A stretch of 64,000 bases of DNA from Octopus bimaculoides (taxonomy: Eukaryota), in the NCBI RefSeq assembly GCF_001194135.2, contig NC_068982.1, forward strand, positions 166,611,680 through 166,675,679. The letters run 5' to 3'. The notes below the pieces were generated by a model. The model was not told the DNA's origin, searched no databases, and was given only the letters and a program-made list of their open reading frames with translations. Both the position numbers and the translations under genes were made by a program. Within the stretch, counting starts at the first letter, position 1, and each line of letters opens with the position of its first letter. Shown in pieces: positions 35,095-47,460 of the stretch.

Positions 35095-38000
35095 CTGAGG
35101 CGAAACAGCAACAAAACAGATGTACTACTTCAAGCAACATCTCAGCTCGGTTATTCCTTTATAACTTCAAGTTCGATGCTTGTGGGAAGGGATGGGAGGG
35201 GGGGTCGGCCTCTAAATAGAATCGATGTAAACACATACCAGTAATACATTGATTTTCAGCCGATCGATTAAAACACTCTATGGAAAAGAAAAAGTAGAGG
35301 GTGTTAAGAAAGCAATGTCAACTAACTGAGGTTCTAATTCTGGTGGGAACAGATTAAATTCTGTCACATTTCTAAATGCGATGAAATCGTGGTTTCTGTG
35401 ACTGTAAAATAGCAGATGAAGGAAAACTTTTGATTGCTAATTGTAGCCATTTCATTTCTTTAGCACCAGTAATACCATTGAGCAAGCATGGACGCCACAC
35501 AATTTCATTTCTTCTTTTTTTTTTCCTTATAAACCCGAGACCTAATACTTATGTGGAAGATCGCTGTGATTTCCGAGTTAAATTTTCCAGCAGGCCGAAT
35601 CAGTCGATCCTTTTTCAACTCCCAACCTTTGTTTATGTCGTTTGAGGCTCTTGAGAGAAGCAGAAGCATTGCTGCTCCCATTCCCTCTATCCCTCCAAAT
35701 CACGGGGGATTATACTTTTTATTTATTTGTTTATTATGATTACAGCACACGTGTCTTTTACTTTGTGCATGTACACGCATGTTTAGTGCTTATGCATATA
35801 TAGCATTTCAGGGGAAAGTCGGGGAGCAGTTAAAAAACCCCTACATATCAATTTCTATATATTTCCCCCCACCCTAAGTTCGGAGGGCATTCTGGGTGTG
35901 GTTGGCATGGAAAAGCGATACTAGTACTCCTTTCACTTTGTGTTTCTGCATTCTACTAATTTTGTAATTCATGCTTGTTTAGCTATTTCTTTTCATTCAA
36001 GTCATGAACGTCTCTCAGTCTCATTTAACCTATCCAACTGAACCACAGCAAAATTTTTAAAATTCGTTTCAATGTAAGAAATCATACTAAACATATTCAT
36101 AAATCAACAACTTTCAAATTACCCGTTTGATTGAGGGGTCGAGTATTTAAGAGGTTGTGACGTTTATGCCCCAAAAGAATTAACGACTCAATAACAGCTA
36201 CGTTGTATTTCTATAACTCCTTAATCTTTTATACCGATTGAAGTCAATTTTGTATTGCATCGTTCAGGGACCGATAAAATAAAGTATTAATCAATTATTA
36301 GGGCTGACCTAATCGACTGTTACTCTTCCTGCAAGAATGTGGCCTTTACTTCACTTTACAATGTAAGTTCATATCCTATCGAGCTTGACAAAGTACCAGC
36401 TAGTACTGGAGTCGCCTTAAGGGGTTAATAGTGCTCTATCCCACACTTTGTGTGGTCTTATACCGCAGTTAATGACATTAACAATATTATGCATTGCATG
36501 GCAAATAAAGTGTGATAAACAAAGTTTAGTAATCATTCTGTTCGTCACACTATTTGTATTTAAAGTTTTTCTGTATAGCAATGTTCTAGTATTATTTCTG
36601 TTTTCATCCTAAAGACTGACAAAAGGAAGTCTTGCCCTCACATTCTATCTAAGAATATAAAGCCAATTTTTGTGAGAGGAATTATTTGCTCTGGGATAGA
36701 CACCAGTATATATATTTATTGCTGTTCATTTTAACAACAATAAAATCTTGCATTCTTTCGATATGGATATTTTATCTGTCATTCTTACATATCGAAAAAA
36801 TGCCTAAAATCTCATATTAGAAACATGAAAAAAAAATATTGCAGCTTCTAAAACAAAAATAAGATTCCTCCAGACAGACCCTAAAAAAAATATTTGGCTG
36901 TAGGTCAGCTTTTATCGATAGACCTATAATCAAAAGTCATGTATTTTTCTTTTCTTTCCCTCTGGGAACACGTTATCCAATGTCACTCTCTTTTTAAGAC
37001 GGATGGGTATGATTTGAGGGAGATTAGTCTGTTACATCTAACAGGTCAAGGGTTCCCTCGTTGGCTGAGATATTAAGGGAATGGCTAAGATGTCGTCATT
37101 GACGACGAAGACGATGATGTCAATGCTGGTAAATATATTAACTGACAACAAACTCTTAGTTGTTCCCATCTCAAGAGCGGATCTCTCTCCCTCTATCTAT
37201 CTCCTACAGACTTGCGTCCCCATTTCGTCGACAGTCTACACTCACACTTTAACTCGAAACAGTGTGCACACACACATACAGCGGAATTTCGATGTAAGCA
37301 CACAACATAACCGGTTGTAACTTTTTTTTATGACAATTTCTTTGAATTTGTATGTTTTCGAACGATCATCGGCGAATATATATACAATATATATTCTTGT
37401 TCATGTGAATATACAATGTATATTTACGTAAAAGTTACACTCCTTAAAGCCACACATACATACACACAGACATGCTTACGTATTTATGGGTATGTGCGTA
37501 AACTTTTGTATTTGTATGAATGTACAGATAAACTACACGCGCGTATGCGTATATAAGTACGACTGTGTGTGTGATTGAGTGTAAAGTTTAATTTCATAAT
37601 AATGATTAAATTATTGTGTATAGTGCTCAGGTGCACTACAACTCATCAAAGGTGCACGCACAGTACGTAGAATTATGTAGAAAAGTCAGGAAAGTGAGAT
37701 CTGTCAAATACAGAATATCAGTTGCCCAAACATTGTTCTAAACGAATGTCTGTCGGACAAACTTTTTTTATGGGTTAAAACTTTTGCAAAAACAAAAAAA
37801 TCTTATTCTGGGTGATGTAAACAGAGTGAGCAAAAAGAATATAAGTGAAAATGCAAAATAACTAATAAAAAATTAAGGAAAAAAAGACGAAGAGAGATGG
37901 ACCGAGCATCCGTTACAATGGTGTATAAATAATTATTTTTTATTAGAGAGACACTGCAAGTAAGAGATGTCACCAAAAAAAGATAACCTATTTTGATAGT

Positions 38001-38814
38001 CTACACTTTTACTAAAAAAGCAAAACTGTTTTCATTTTGATTGACATCTAGTAAAAAGTAATAGCTATCACTCATGCAGTTAAATCAAGCACCCACTCTT
38101 CTTTTATTGGCACTTACTGGTACTGAATATTAATTTTTTTTTAAATGAGTATTGTATTCATACACGAAAAATGTCTTTTGTTACATTTGATCGCTTGCTG
38201 ATAAGTACAAATTATTTGACTTAGTGTTTGGATTTGACATTGCAATTCAAATCATGTGGAAAATAAAGTGCATTAAATTAAAGCATTCAAACTTGTCTAT
38301 TCGTTTTATCTAGAAGTATATAGCCAAAACTGGGAGGGGTTATAAAAGCAGAACTTGCCACAACACGCAGTGACATTACTTTAATTTCACTATGTTTTGA
38401 CAGCAAAGATATTCACTGACGATTAATTATCCATACTAGGGAAAGTGTTTCATGGTTTTTCCAGTTAAGGGATGGGTGTTTCAACCAAGTTTTAAAAACC
38501 CAACAAAATTACGATTATTTTGAGTAGACAAGCACAGTGCTAATCTCTATGTGGAAAAAAAGTTAATGTGTGAGGGTCAGTTTTAAATACGAGAATTGAA
38601 AACAGTGTCATACACATTCAATCGGATAAGAAATCTTAGTTAAAGTTTTTCATATTCCTGATTAATGACATTAAACCTTTAAAACTGTTTGTCACTCATG
38701 AGAAGTTACAGAGATACGCTTTTAGTTATTAAAACCATACTGACTGTTGCATTCAAGCGTGTTTATCAGAACGTTAAAACGGTTTTTAAGTTCCGTAGGT
38801 CAAATGCAAACTAT

Positions 38815-38960
38815 ACTAAACTATTTTTATTTATCGACCCTCGTGAGATCAAACGTAATTTCGACCCTGATGGAATTTGAACTCCGACTGAAAAGTTTTT
38901 GATGTCTTTTGTATGTTTACGATCAATGTGCTGGGAAACTACACGAGTACTTGCATATCT
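38815..38960 (-). mobile_element. SINE family C (short tRNA-headed)
   Basis: TTTATCGACCC..GATGGAATTTGAACTC block shared with 52520-52735, 53225-53645 and 61680-62095. Confidence 0.7.
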
Positions 38961-39015
38961 ACGCATGTATGTATGTATGTATGTATATATATATATATAT
39001 GTATCGTACACTTAC

Positions 39016-39063
39016 CGACTCCATATTTTTCGTTGGCATTTGTAGCAGTCCACTTCGCCATGA
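39016..39063 (-). CDS. Candidate first coding segment of the minus-strand gene
   Basis: Ends in a consensus donor TCG|GTAAGT. ATGs give MPTKNMES| or MES| (phase 0, compatible with exon 32718-32807) or MAKWTATNANEKYGV (phase 1). Confidence 0.35.
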
Positions 39064-39249
39064 CTGATAATTATACACTTTCAAACACAAGCAAAAATAG
39101 TAAATAAAATGAATTTCCGTTTTTTTTTTGGGGTTCCAAACAATTAAAACAACAACTGTAATAGAGGTAATACATGAGAAAGACAACCGGTCATCGGTTG
39201 ACAGTAATTAGTGTTGTTGTTGTTATTATTACTATAAAACTTGCTGCTG

Positions 39250-39420
39250 GTGCGACAGTCGCGACACTGCGCCCAAAACAGCGCCATCTTGATTCTGGTT
39301 ATCACGTGACCTGACTTCAGGACCGAATGAAAGTGGGGGGAGGAGGGCAATTGACGGGTACAGCATCTACGACCACTACCAACAAAACTACAACCAGTAT
39401 TGTTCTGACGTCACTTCCTC
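39250..39420. promoter_or_regulatory. GC/CpG-rich core promoter with housekeeping motifs
   Basis: AGTCGCGACA 39257-39266 (hDRE-like), CGCCATCTT 39282-39290 (YY1, minus sense), TCACGTGAC 39302-39310 (E-box/CLEAR-like), TGACGTCA 39406-39413 overlapping CACTTCCT (CRE+ETS). Confidence 0.7.
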
Positions 39421-40944
39421 TAAAGCAAGCACATTATTACACGAGGAGGGATGTTACCACGACAACCAGTGTAAATAAAAGCATCATAGTAACGACTTTT
39501 GTGTTTTGTTTAGAACTAATCAAATACTTATTTTTAAGGTATCACTTTGATAGCAATATACATATTATGGACACTTATTCCTTTATTTCTTTCAAATTCA
39601 ATAGACTTTGACGCAAACAAAACGTATTTGAGTGATTCACAACGTAGTTAAACGTGGAGTAGCAGATTAATATGTATCAATGTATAACTATTTAAATGAA
39701 TTCTAACTTTTTTTAACCGTGAAATTAGTTACTAAAATAACTACGAACAAAAACAAACAGGAAAATCTTCGTAATTAATATCGATATTTTTATGTTCATA
39801 ACAAACTGGAGTTGCCTTTTTCTTCCCATCACTGCAGGGTGAATAAAGCTCTAGTATTGGGTAAAAGTTAAAGCAGTCTACTTTATCTCGATTCTTTTAG
39901 AGAATCTAAGGACGAAATCAGTAATATTATCAGGTTAGAACATCTGATATTTTGTCTTTATCCCATTTATATGATTAGTTTAAATGTTAGTGTGGAATTG
40001 ACTGTCTTTTATAACTCCAGAGTCAGTAAAATAACACCGGTAATATACTAGGGTCCATATATTCAACAATACTTCTCCGCCACAAGCATCTTTGAGTCTA
40101 AGAAAAAAATCGATAATTTTATCAAAATATTTTTTGCTACTACAAGAAAGGTGAGTGCACTTTTTTAGTACATTTTCTTTCCAAACATGTCAATATTTGA
40201 GAATCGGAGCTATGTCAGAAATATAGTAGACTCTCCAGACATTTAATTTAAACAGGTACTATTGTGAGCCATTATCTTTACCACTTTGAAATCAAATACT
40301 TATATCTGGAAAGAAAAGAAAATGACACCAGCAATAGCAACAAAAGACTGAGAAACCACTTCAGTATATCCTACTCTCCAATAATTCATGTGTCCAGGTT
40401 AATGGCAGGATTTGAGTTCAGCATTACAAGCTAAGGAAACACTAACCAATTAATTACACAGTACAATTATACAATTATTCTTATAACTTCTTCCAATGCT
40501 TATCTACCTGTTGATGAATTATTGTCATTTACATACTCCACAAGCACAGTGAAGACTATGCTTTGCTGATGGGGTCAGAATAAAACCAAAACAATTATTT
40601 CCTGTACTTTTGAAAAAATGGGGGTAATGATATTACTCATTGCCTTGTATAATGTTTTCCTTCTTAGACAATTATTTCTAGTTAACTTCCTAATGAATAT
40701 ATCCTGCATTATGTACATTAATATTAACTTAACTAGGACATTGACATGTAAGTGTATTTTCTCAGCATTATGCCACAACACAGATAGCAAGGTACAAACC
40801 ACATAGTTTTTGATTGGTGAGCAGTTATCCTATTCACTTCATCAGCAACTTCTGTGTTTTTACTTCAATATATCATTTGTTGAGGTTCAAAATCATTATT
40901 ACTGAAATACACTGTTTTTATGTTAGTCTCTTATACTTCTAGTT

Positions 40945-41135
40945 AATTCATCATCATCGTCGTCATTTAATGCCCATTTTCCACACTGGCATGGTTTGGA
41001 TGGCTTGATAGGAATTGGTAAGGTCAGGGCCACACCAGGTTCCATAGTCTGTTTTGGCTTGGTTTCTACAGCTAGATGCCCTTCCTAAAGCCATCCACTG
41101 TATTGGGTGTTTTTTTATGTCACACCATCACCAGT
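40945..41135 (-). mobile_element. Family B repeat
   Basis: (CAT)n..TTTAATG.CCATTTTCCA.ACTGGCATGG..GATGCCCTTCCTAA. Confidence 0.75.
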
Positions 41136-41689
41136 GATCTCAAATTAATAACTATTTTTATTACTCAAATGATTTTGAATATCTTAAATGTAAGATCTTC
41201 ATCAGATCTGTTGTGATATTTTAGAGTGGAACTTCATTTATTCACACCTATTACTAAAAAGCACAAGTAGCTGGAAAACTAGTTTGCACACTAGACTAAG
41301 CTGCAACTCTGATAACTCAAATAAGGGGTACGAGCCGGCAGCTCAAATAAATTTCAAAAAATGTAAACAATCACACTCATGTATCCCTATATCTCCCTTT
41401 CCGCAACTTCTACATCATGCACATCATTCTATTACTCTCTGTTCCATTCTCCTTCATGAATCACTCCTATATTTTCTACTTACCCCTCTACAAACTGGTA
41501 TTTTCCATTACCTGCACCTCCGCACTTGTTTATCACTCACTACCTCAACAGCATCCACTCTCTCATCTTCTCCTATGATCCAATGTCTATGTTCTCTCTT
41601 ATATTCATCTTGTTCCTTCAGAGTTGTTCATTCTAATACTCTACCACTAACTTCCTCTTATCTCCTTCAGCCATGTATCTGTGTGTGTG

Positions 41690-41915
41690 TGTGGAGGTGC
41701 ATGGTTAGTGATTAGGGTATTAAACTCGTGATCATAAGATTGTGGTTTTGATTCCTGGACCAGGCGACGCGTTGTGTTCTTGAGCAAAACACTTCATTTT
41801 ATGTTGTTCCAGTCCATTCAGTTGGCAAAAATGAGTAGTCCTGCGATGGATTGGCAGCTTGTCCAAGGAGGAATGTATGTACCACGGAAACCAGGAAACT
41901 GATCTTATGAGTTTA
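41690..41915 (+). mobile_element. tRNA-headed SINE with CORE-like and V-domain-like segments
   Basis: Head ..GGTTTTGATTCCTGG; TTGAGCAAAACACTTCATTTTATGTTGTTCCAGTCCATTCAG core; CCTGCGATGGATTGGCAGCTTGTCCAAGG resembles the V-SINE domain. Confidence 0.55.
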
Positions 41916-42269
41916 TATGATTCTTTTATTTTTTCATATATATAATATGTGAAACTTTAAAAGTTTCCAATAACTTTTAATTGATTTGGTTGAGTAGCAA
42001 TTAATTCTTAATTCATAAAAGTAAGCAAGATAGTGCCTGTAATCTTTTAAGACTTTTAAGTTGGAGAATGGAGAACACTGAGCTAGAGTGGCAGCAAATT
42101 AGTGTCATGGAAACAATCAGTTTGATGTTAACCATCTTTATCATCCTTGTATTTAAAAAGAAGAATTACAATGGAATCTTAACTATAAAATGCAGATTTT
42201 CTCTGTGTGTGTGTGTGTGTTTAAAATTCATACATTTACACAATTCCAAATTTCTTGTAGATCTATAAA

Positions 42270-42720
42270 GGAAAGCCTTTCTTTGCAGCAAAACAGAAAT
42301 TTGTTCCCCACATTTCAGGACCAGAAAAAACTTCAAACCCAAGAAACTGCTACATCCTAGGCCACACCCTCAAACAGCCACCCAAATGATTGACATGAAG
42401 TTACTCACCAATACACTAATTTCTATCCCACAGATGTGCTGATTTGTCTCTTTGCTTTCCTAATGCTACTACAATGGTGCCTCCTCCTCAGAGTTAGCTG
42501 ATCTCAAGTCACCTCTACTCAAACACTCCCAATTCATTCATCTCTCCTCTTGCTACTCATATGGTGTCCACCTGCTACAGTCCTTGCACTAACAACTACA
42601 CTCAGGCTTTCCTCTGAAGTGGGACAGTTCTCTGGAATTCCCTCCTTGTCTGCAGCTATTGACTTGAAGCTGTTTCAAAGAGACATTGATTGCACCATCC
42701 ACATTTGTCTAAGAAGACTT
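42270..42720 (+). mobile_element. CR1/L2-like LINE 3' fragment
   Basis: FRTRKNF..KKLL then TNNYTQAF..TVLWNSL, the CR1 C-terminal LWNSLP signature. Confidence 0.6.
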
Positions 42721-43478
42721 GTGACAGCCATAACATAATTCCTTTCTCCAGATGAAAATATAATAAATCTAAAAAAAAAATGTTTCAAGTGTGTGTTAAC
42801 AGAAGAGGCGCAAGAAGGAATCAAAACTCCTAAGCCCTCCTTTGTGTTAAAATATTTATTCCAAAGTGAAATGCACCTCAATATTATTAGCAAGTAAGCA
42901 GAGAGACTTTAAAATTGCATAAATACATTAATGACATGCAATGTTCAGCCTGGAGCTTATGCAAGAAAGAACAGCTGTTTAGATTGATGACAGCTGAAGT
43001 ATGACAATGTTGCATAGAAGAAAGAAAACCAACACTAAAATATAAATATAGAATTAAGGCCACCTCAACACTGATGGAAGAGAGAAAATAGATTATTGTT
43101 AATATTTCAGCTTTAACGCTACCACATATGCAAATATTGAAAGATGATTCTTTTTTATTTCTATACTTTTGTCATATTACAATGATTCATTACCCAAATT
43201 ACAGCTCATCAAATAAACTTAAGTAAACACCAAGTGAAATCCCAAAATAAACTGCAGAATCATACTTTAAAATGTTCTCCTTTAAATTATAATCAACTTC
43301 ATGATAACAATAGAATAATGCCTTATGCCCCTATATTTTCATGAAAGATTGGAAATGAAAAGAACCTTCTATGATGGTGACATTCATTACAACTATCATG
43401 TGATGTCAAGATAAGGAAACACAAGCACAACATGACCAGCTTCTTTCAGTTTCCTTCTACGAACACTACTCACAAAGC

Positions 43479-45647
43479 TATCAACTTGTCTTTGTTAACC
43501 TTTGCTCCTGCCACTGCCTCATAACTTTTGATAGCCTCTTCCACGACTGGAAGCTGGCCCTCATCTGCCACAATGATGGAGATGTCATCTGCGTACGCCA
43601 TAGCTCCTCTTCCACACCATAGATCATGCGGCGCGACTCCTATCACCTCCAACTTCCGCAACAATGGCTCAAGAGCCAACACATACAAAAGCAGAGACAG
43701 GGGACACCCCTGACGCACTGAACGCTTGATCCCGAATGGCTTCGAAAGAAAACCATTCAGTTTGATGACAGACTCAATGTCGCTGTACCATGCAGCAATC
43801 CAACTGTGGAAGGATGGGCCCAGGCCAGCCTTCCCAAGGACCGCCACCAAGTACCGATGGTCAACCCTATCAAACGCCTTAGACTAGTCTAAATGTAACA
43901 GTGCCCCCCCACTGTGCCAAAAAGCTTTCCCACCCTCTCTAAGGAGAAGCATATAAGGTGGAGATTGTCATGGATCATCCTGCCTGGAATAGCGCACATT
44001 TGCTCTTCCCCGACAAGTTTGTCCACGACCCACGCCAACCTTTTCACTAGCACCTTGGCCAAAATCTTTAACTCTGTGTTCAACAGAGTTATGGGCCTGA
44101 AGTTCCCTGTTTCGTCCCCCTTGCTCGGGTCCTTCCTGATCAACATCACCAGTCCCCGGCTTGCAGACTTGGGAATTCTCCCATTCTGTTGCCAATTGGC
44201 ATAGACACTGACCAGCAGGTGCCCGAACAAGTCTGGCATACTCTTGTAAAATTCATAAGGCAGACCATCGAGATCCAGCGACTTCTCCCCAGGGCACTCG
44301 CCAAGTACCTTGATCACCTCCTCGGTCGTGATTGGCCCTTCACAGCACTCAGCCTCTTGTGCTGAGAGCGCAGGCCACCAGACAGGAAGTCCCTAAGGGC
44401 CTTGCCATGATCCAGCACCCTGCTACTCCTGAACAACTCGGCAAAGTGCTTTTGAAGCGCCTCACACATCTCGTCCCATCCATCAATCGAACACCCGTTA
44501 TCATCAACCAGACCTAATTGTGGCACCGTTGCCATGCTGGGTTTCTACCGTACAGGCCCATCCGGCAACATTAATTCCCTCACGGCCCAATGCATGCACT
44601 TTAGCCCGAACTCTGCACCCTTCGTGTTTAGCTTTGAGGTGACGGTCTAAAGTCGTTCTCGCTGCCAAAATGTGAGATGCAGAGCCCAACCTCAGCACCT
44701 CCACTAGGTCCTTAACTAGTTGCCCTTCTATTCTGGCCTTATCTAGTCTTAGCTGACAGCTAAACCTAATAGACTCAAAACGAATGGCTCTTTTGAGGGT
44801 GAACCACCATCGGTTGTTAACCACAGCACCGGTTAATGCCCTCTGTACTAATTCCTTAATCCGGCTACAGTATGCCTCGCTAGTCAAAATAGACTTGTTC
44901 AGCTTCCAGTATCTGGGTCCTCTTTTAACTGTACTATCTATGTCCAGTCTGCACTTGACCATTCTATGGTCAGTGTACACTACTTGGACAAGCTGTGGAC
45001 AGCTAAAACTAGACTTATCTGCAGTTCTTATCAATATCCTATCAAGATAAGACTTGAACCTTCAGTCGCCGCTCATCCAGGTCCACTCTGGGACATTCGG
45101 ATGGTCAAGTCTGTAACGATCTGCCAGCAGCTGAAAACGCTTAAGCAGATCTACAAGGCGTGAGTTCGTTTATCCTAACGGTCGAGCCAACGCTATCGAT
45201 GCGTGCATCAATGATAGCGTTATAGTATCCTAACACCACTAATGTCTTCGACGTCACGAGAAAGTTCTTTAGGCGCCGATAAAAATCACTTTACAATCCT
45301 CTAGCACAAGGTGCATAGATCCCGATCAACCTGAAGGCCTTACTGTTGTGTGTCACATCAAGGACGACCAGCTCACCTTCTGGGTCTACATAGACTGTGC
45401 TTGTCTGCAGAGCCAAGCCTTTTCGGACCAGCACTACTACACCCCCTCGTCCTCCGGTCTGGCTAGGAGACATGATTTTCTCATAGTCATTCAGAAGGGG
45501 TGAGAAGGCTTGTAGACTGTCCAGCCTGGTCTCTGTAGCAACCATCACATGCATATCGTGTGATCTGAGGTTGTCGAGGAAACAGGCTTGCTTCCACTTC
45601 GAGCTCAGACCACGTACATTCAAACACCCAAGTTTAAGTGTAGTCAT
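43479..45647 (-). mobile_element. Tx1-clade LINE ORF2 (APE endonuclease plus RT), 3'-truncated pseudogene
   Basis: MTTLKLGCLNVRGL..ETRL..GIYAP..SYLDRILI..DHRMV (APE); GNFRPITLLNTELKILAK, D*SKAFDRVDH, SVRQGCPLS, AYADDISI, GAKVNKDK (RT); several frameshifts and stops. Confidence 0.95.
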
Positions 45648-45989
45648 TCAAAAAACGAGGCAAAGCAAGGGTTCTACTTACTCATTGTTTTTTTCCCCTT
45701 TTACTGGTGATGCTACTTACCACACAGCCACTCCTATCCATCTATCTGTCTCTCTCTCTCTGTCTATCTGTCTCTCTCCCTGTCTATCTATCTATTTATC
45801 TATCTGTCTCTCTGCCTGCCTCTCTGTCCATCCATCTATCTATCTACCTTTCTGGAAAAAGATTCATCTCTTTGATACTCAAAGGATTGCATGTAGTAAG
45901 AAACTCTAACCATTGCTGAAGTGAATCATCAACTTTAAATGAATAAATAAACTCTACTATATATATTGGAGATATTTTCTCCCATTTAT

Positions 45990-47015
45990 ATGATGTCCAA
46001 ACATGATGATGATGCCCTTTCTAACACCAACCTTGTTACAGAGTGTACTGGGGGGTTTTATTTTTTATTTTCTGGCATCAGCACTAGCAAGGTCACCAAC
46101 TTCTCTGAGGACAAGACACTCCTCAACTGAGTGAGGCACACTACTAAAGGAGGTAAAATTATGATATCTGGACAGAGTTGGTATCATGAAGAGGAGATAA
46201 TTTTTTTTCCACTTGGAAAGAGAGAGAGATATGGTGAGGATGTATCACAAGATACAAGGTGAATATGAAAGAAAATAGGAATAGAACAGAAAGAGTGAAT
46301 GGGCATGTAAGTTTGAGAGAGTGTGATGGATGATTAGATATGGGGATTGAGATGGAGACAGTGAGTGCGAGTTTGGTTGGAATGGGGTAAGTTTAGGAAA
46401 TAAGAATGAGGAAGAGGTGATAAGGGACAGTGATAGGGATACAATGTGAAGTGTAAGGGAGCACCTAAATGAATATTTCTGCGTTGAGAAGATTGGTGGA
46501 GGAATGAGTCTTAGAACATATATCATTATCACCATCATCATCATCATGTAATGTTTGTTTCCATGCCGGTATGGGTTGGACGGTTTGACTGAGAACTGAT
46601 AAGTTGGGGACCTGTACCAGGTTCCATTCTAATTTGGCATGGTTTCTATGGCTGGATGCCCTTCTTAATGCCAACCACTCCAAGAGTGTAGTGGGGACAT
46701 TTTATGTGCCACCAGCATGGGTGCCAGTTACATGACACCAGCATCAGCCATGACTACAATCTCACTTGGCTTGACAGGTCTTCTCAAGCATGGTATCTCA
46801 CCAAAGGTCTCANNNNNNNNNNTGGCTTGACAGGTCTTCTCAAGCATGGTATCTCACCAAAGGTCTCAGTCACCTGTCATTGCCTTTGTGAGGCTCAACG
46901 CTCAAATGGTGCTTTTTACATGGTTGCCAGTCACCCAGCACTGGCATCGGCTATGACTACAATTTCACTTGGCTTGACAAGTCTTCTCAAGCATGGCACA
47001 TCGCCAAAGGTCTTG
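45990..47015 (-). mobile_element. Family B / RTE 3' UTR pieces (two or more), with a 10-N gap
   Basis: GATGCCCTT.CTAA..CCAACC tails, purine-rich UTR block 46240-46470, CTTGACAGGTCTTCTCAAGCA.GG RTE end. Confidence 0.75.
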
Positions 47016-47079
47016 GTCATATTAATGAATCTTTTGAATATGTATTGTATATATCAATGAAAAATTTGTTTACGCAGAC

Positions 47080-47460
47080 ACACGTGTGACTGTGTGGCAA
47101 GAAGCTTGCTTCCCAGCCTCATAATTCTGAGTTCAGTCCCACTGTATGGCGCCTTGAGCAAGTGTCTCCTACTATAGCCTCAGACTGACCAAAGCCTTGT
47201 GAGAGGATTTGGTAGATGGAAACTGAAAGAAGCTTGTCGTATATGAATGTGTGTTTGTGTCTGTGTTTGTACCCCAACACCATTTTGACAGCCAGTGTTG
47301 GTGTGTTTACTTAGCAGTTCAACAAAAGTGATTGATAGAAAAAGTACCAGCCTTAAAAAAAAATAGGTACTGGGGTTGATTCATTCAACTAAAATTTTAA
47401 GGTGGTGCCCCAGCATGGCCACACTCTAATGACTGAAACAAGTAAAAGATACAAGATAAA
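47080..47460 (+). mobile_element. SINE family A, full length
   Basis: Head GTGTGG.AAGAAGCTTGCTTCCCA..GAGTTCAGTCCCACTG, core, tail GGTGCCCCAGCATGGCCAC..TGACTGAAACAAGTAAAAGATA. Confidence 0.85.

Noticed and set aside
38338-38375. TATA box TATAAAAG with a downstream CGCAGT
   Set aside because: Single motif in AT-rich sequence with no supporting downstream exon
40810-40860. Hammerhead-like CUGAUGA-A-GUGA..UCAC on the minus strand
   Set aside because: No GAAA or cleavage triplet follows
46765-46865. 46-bp direct repeat either side of a 10-N gap
   Set aside because: Identical overlap at contig ends; probable assembly artefact
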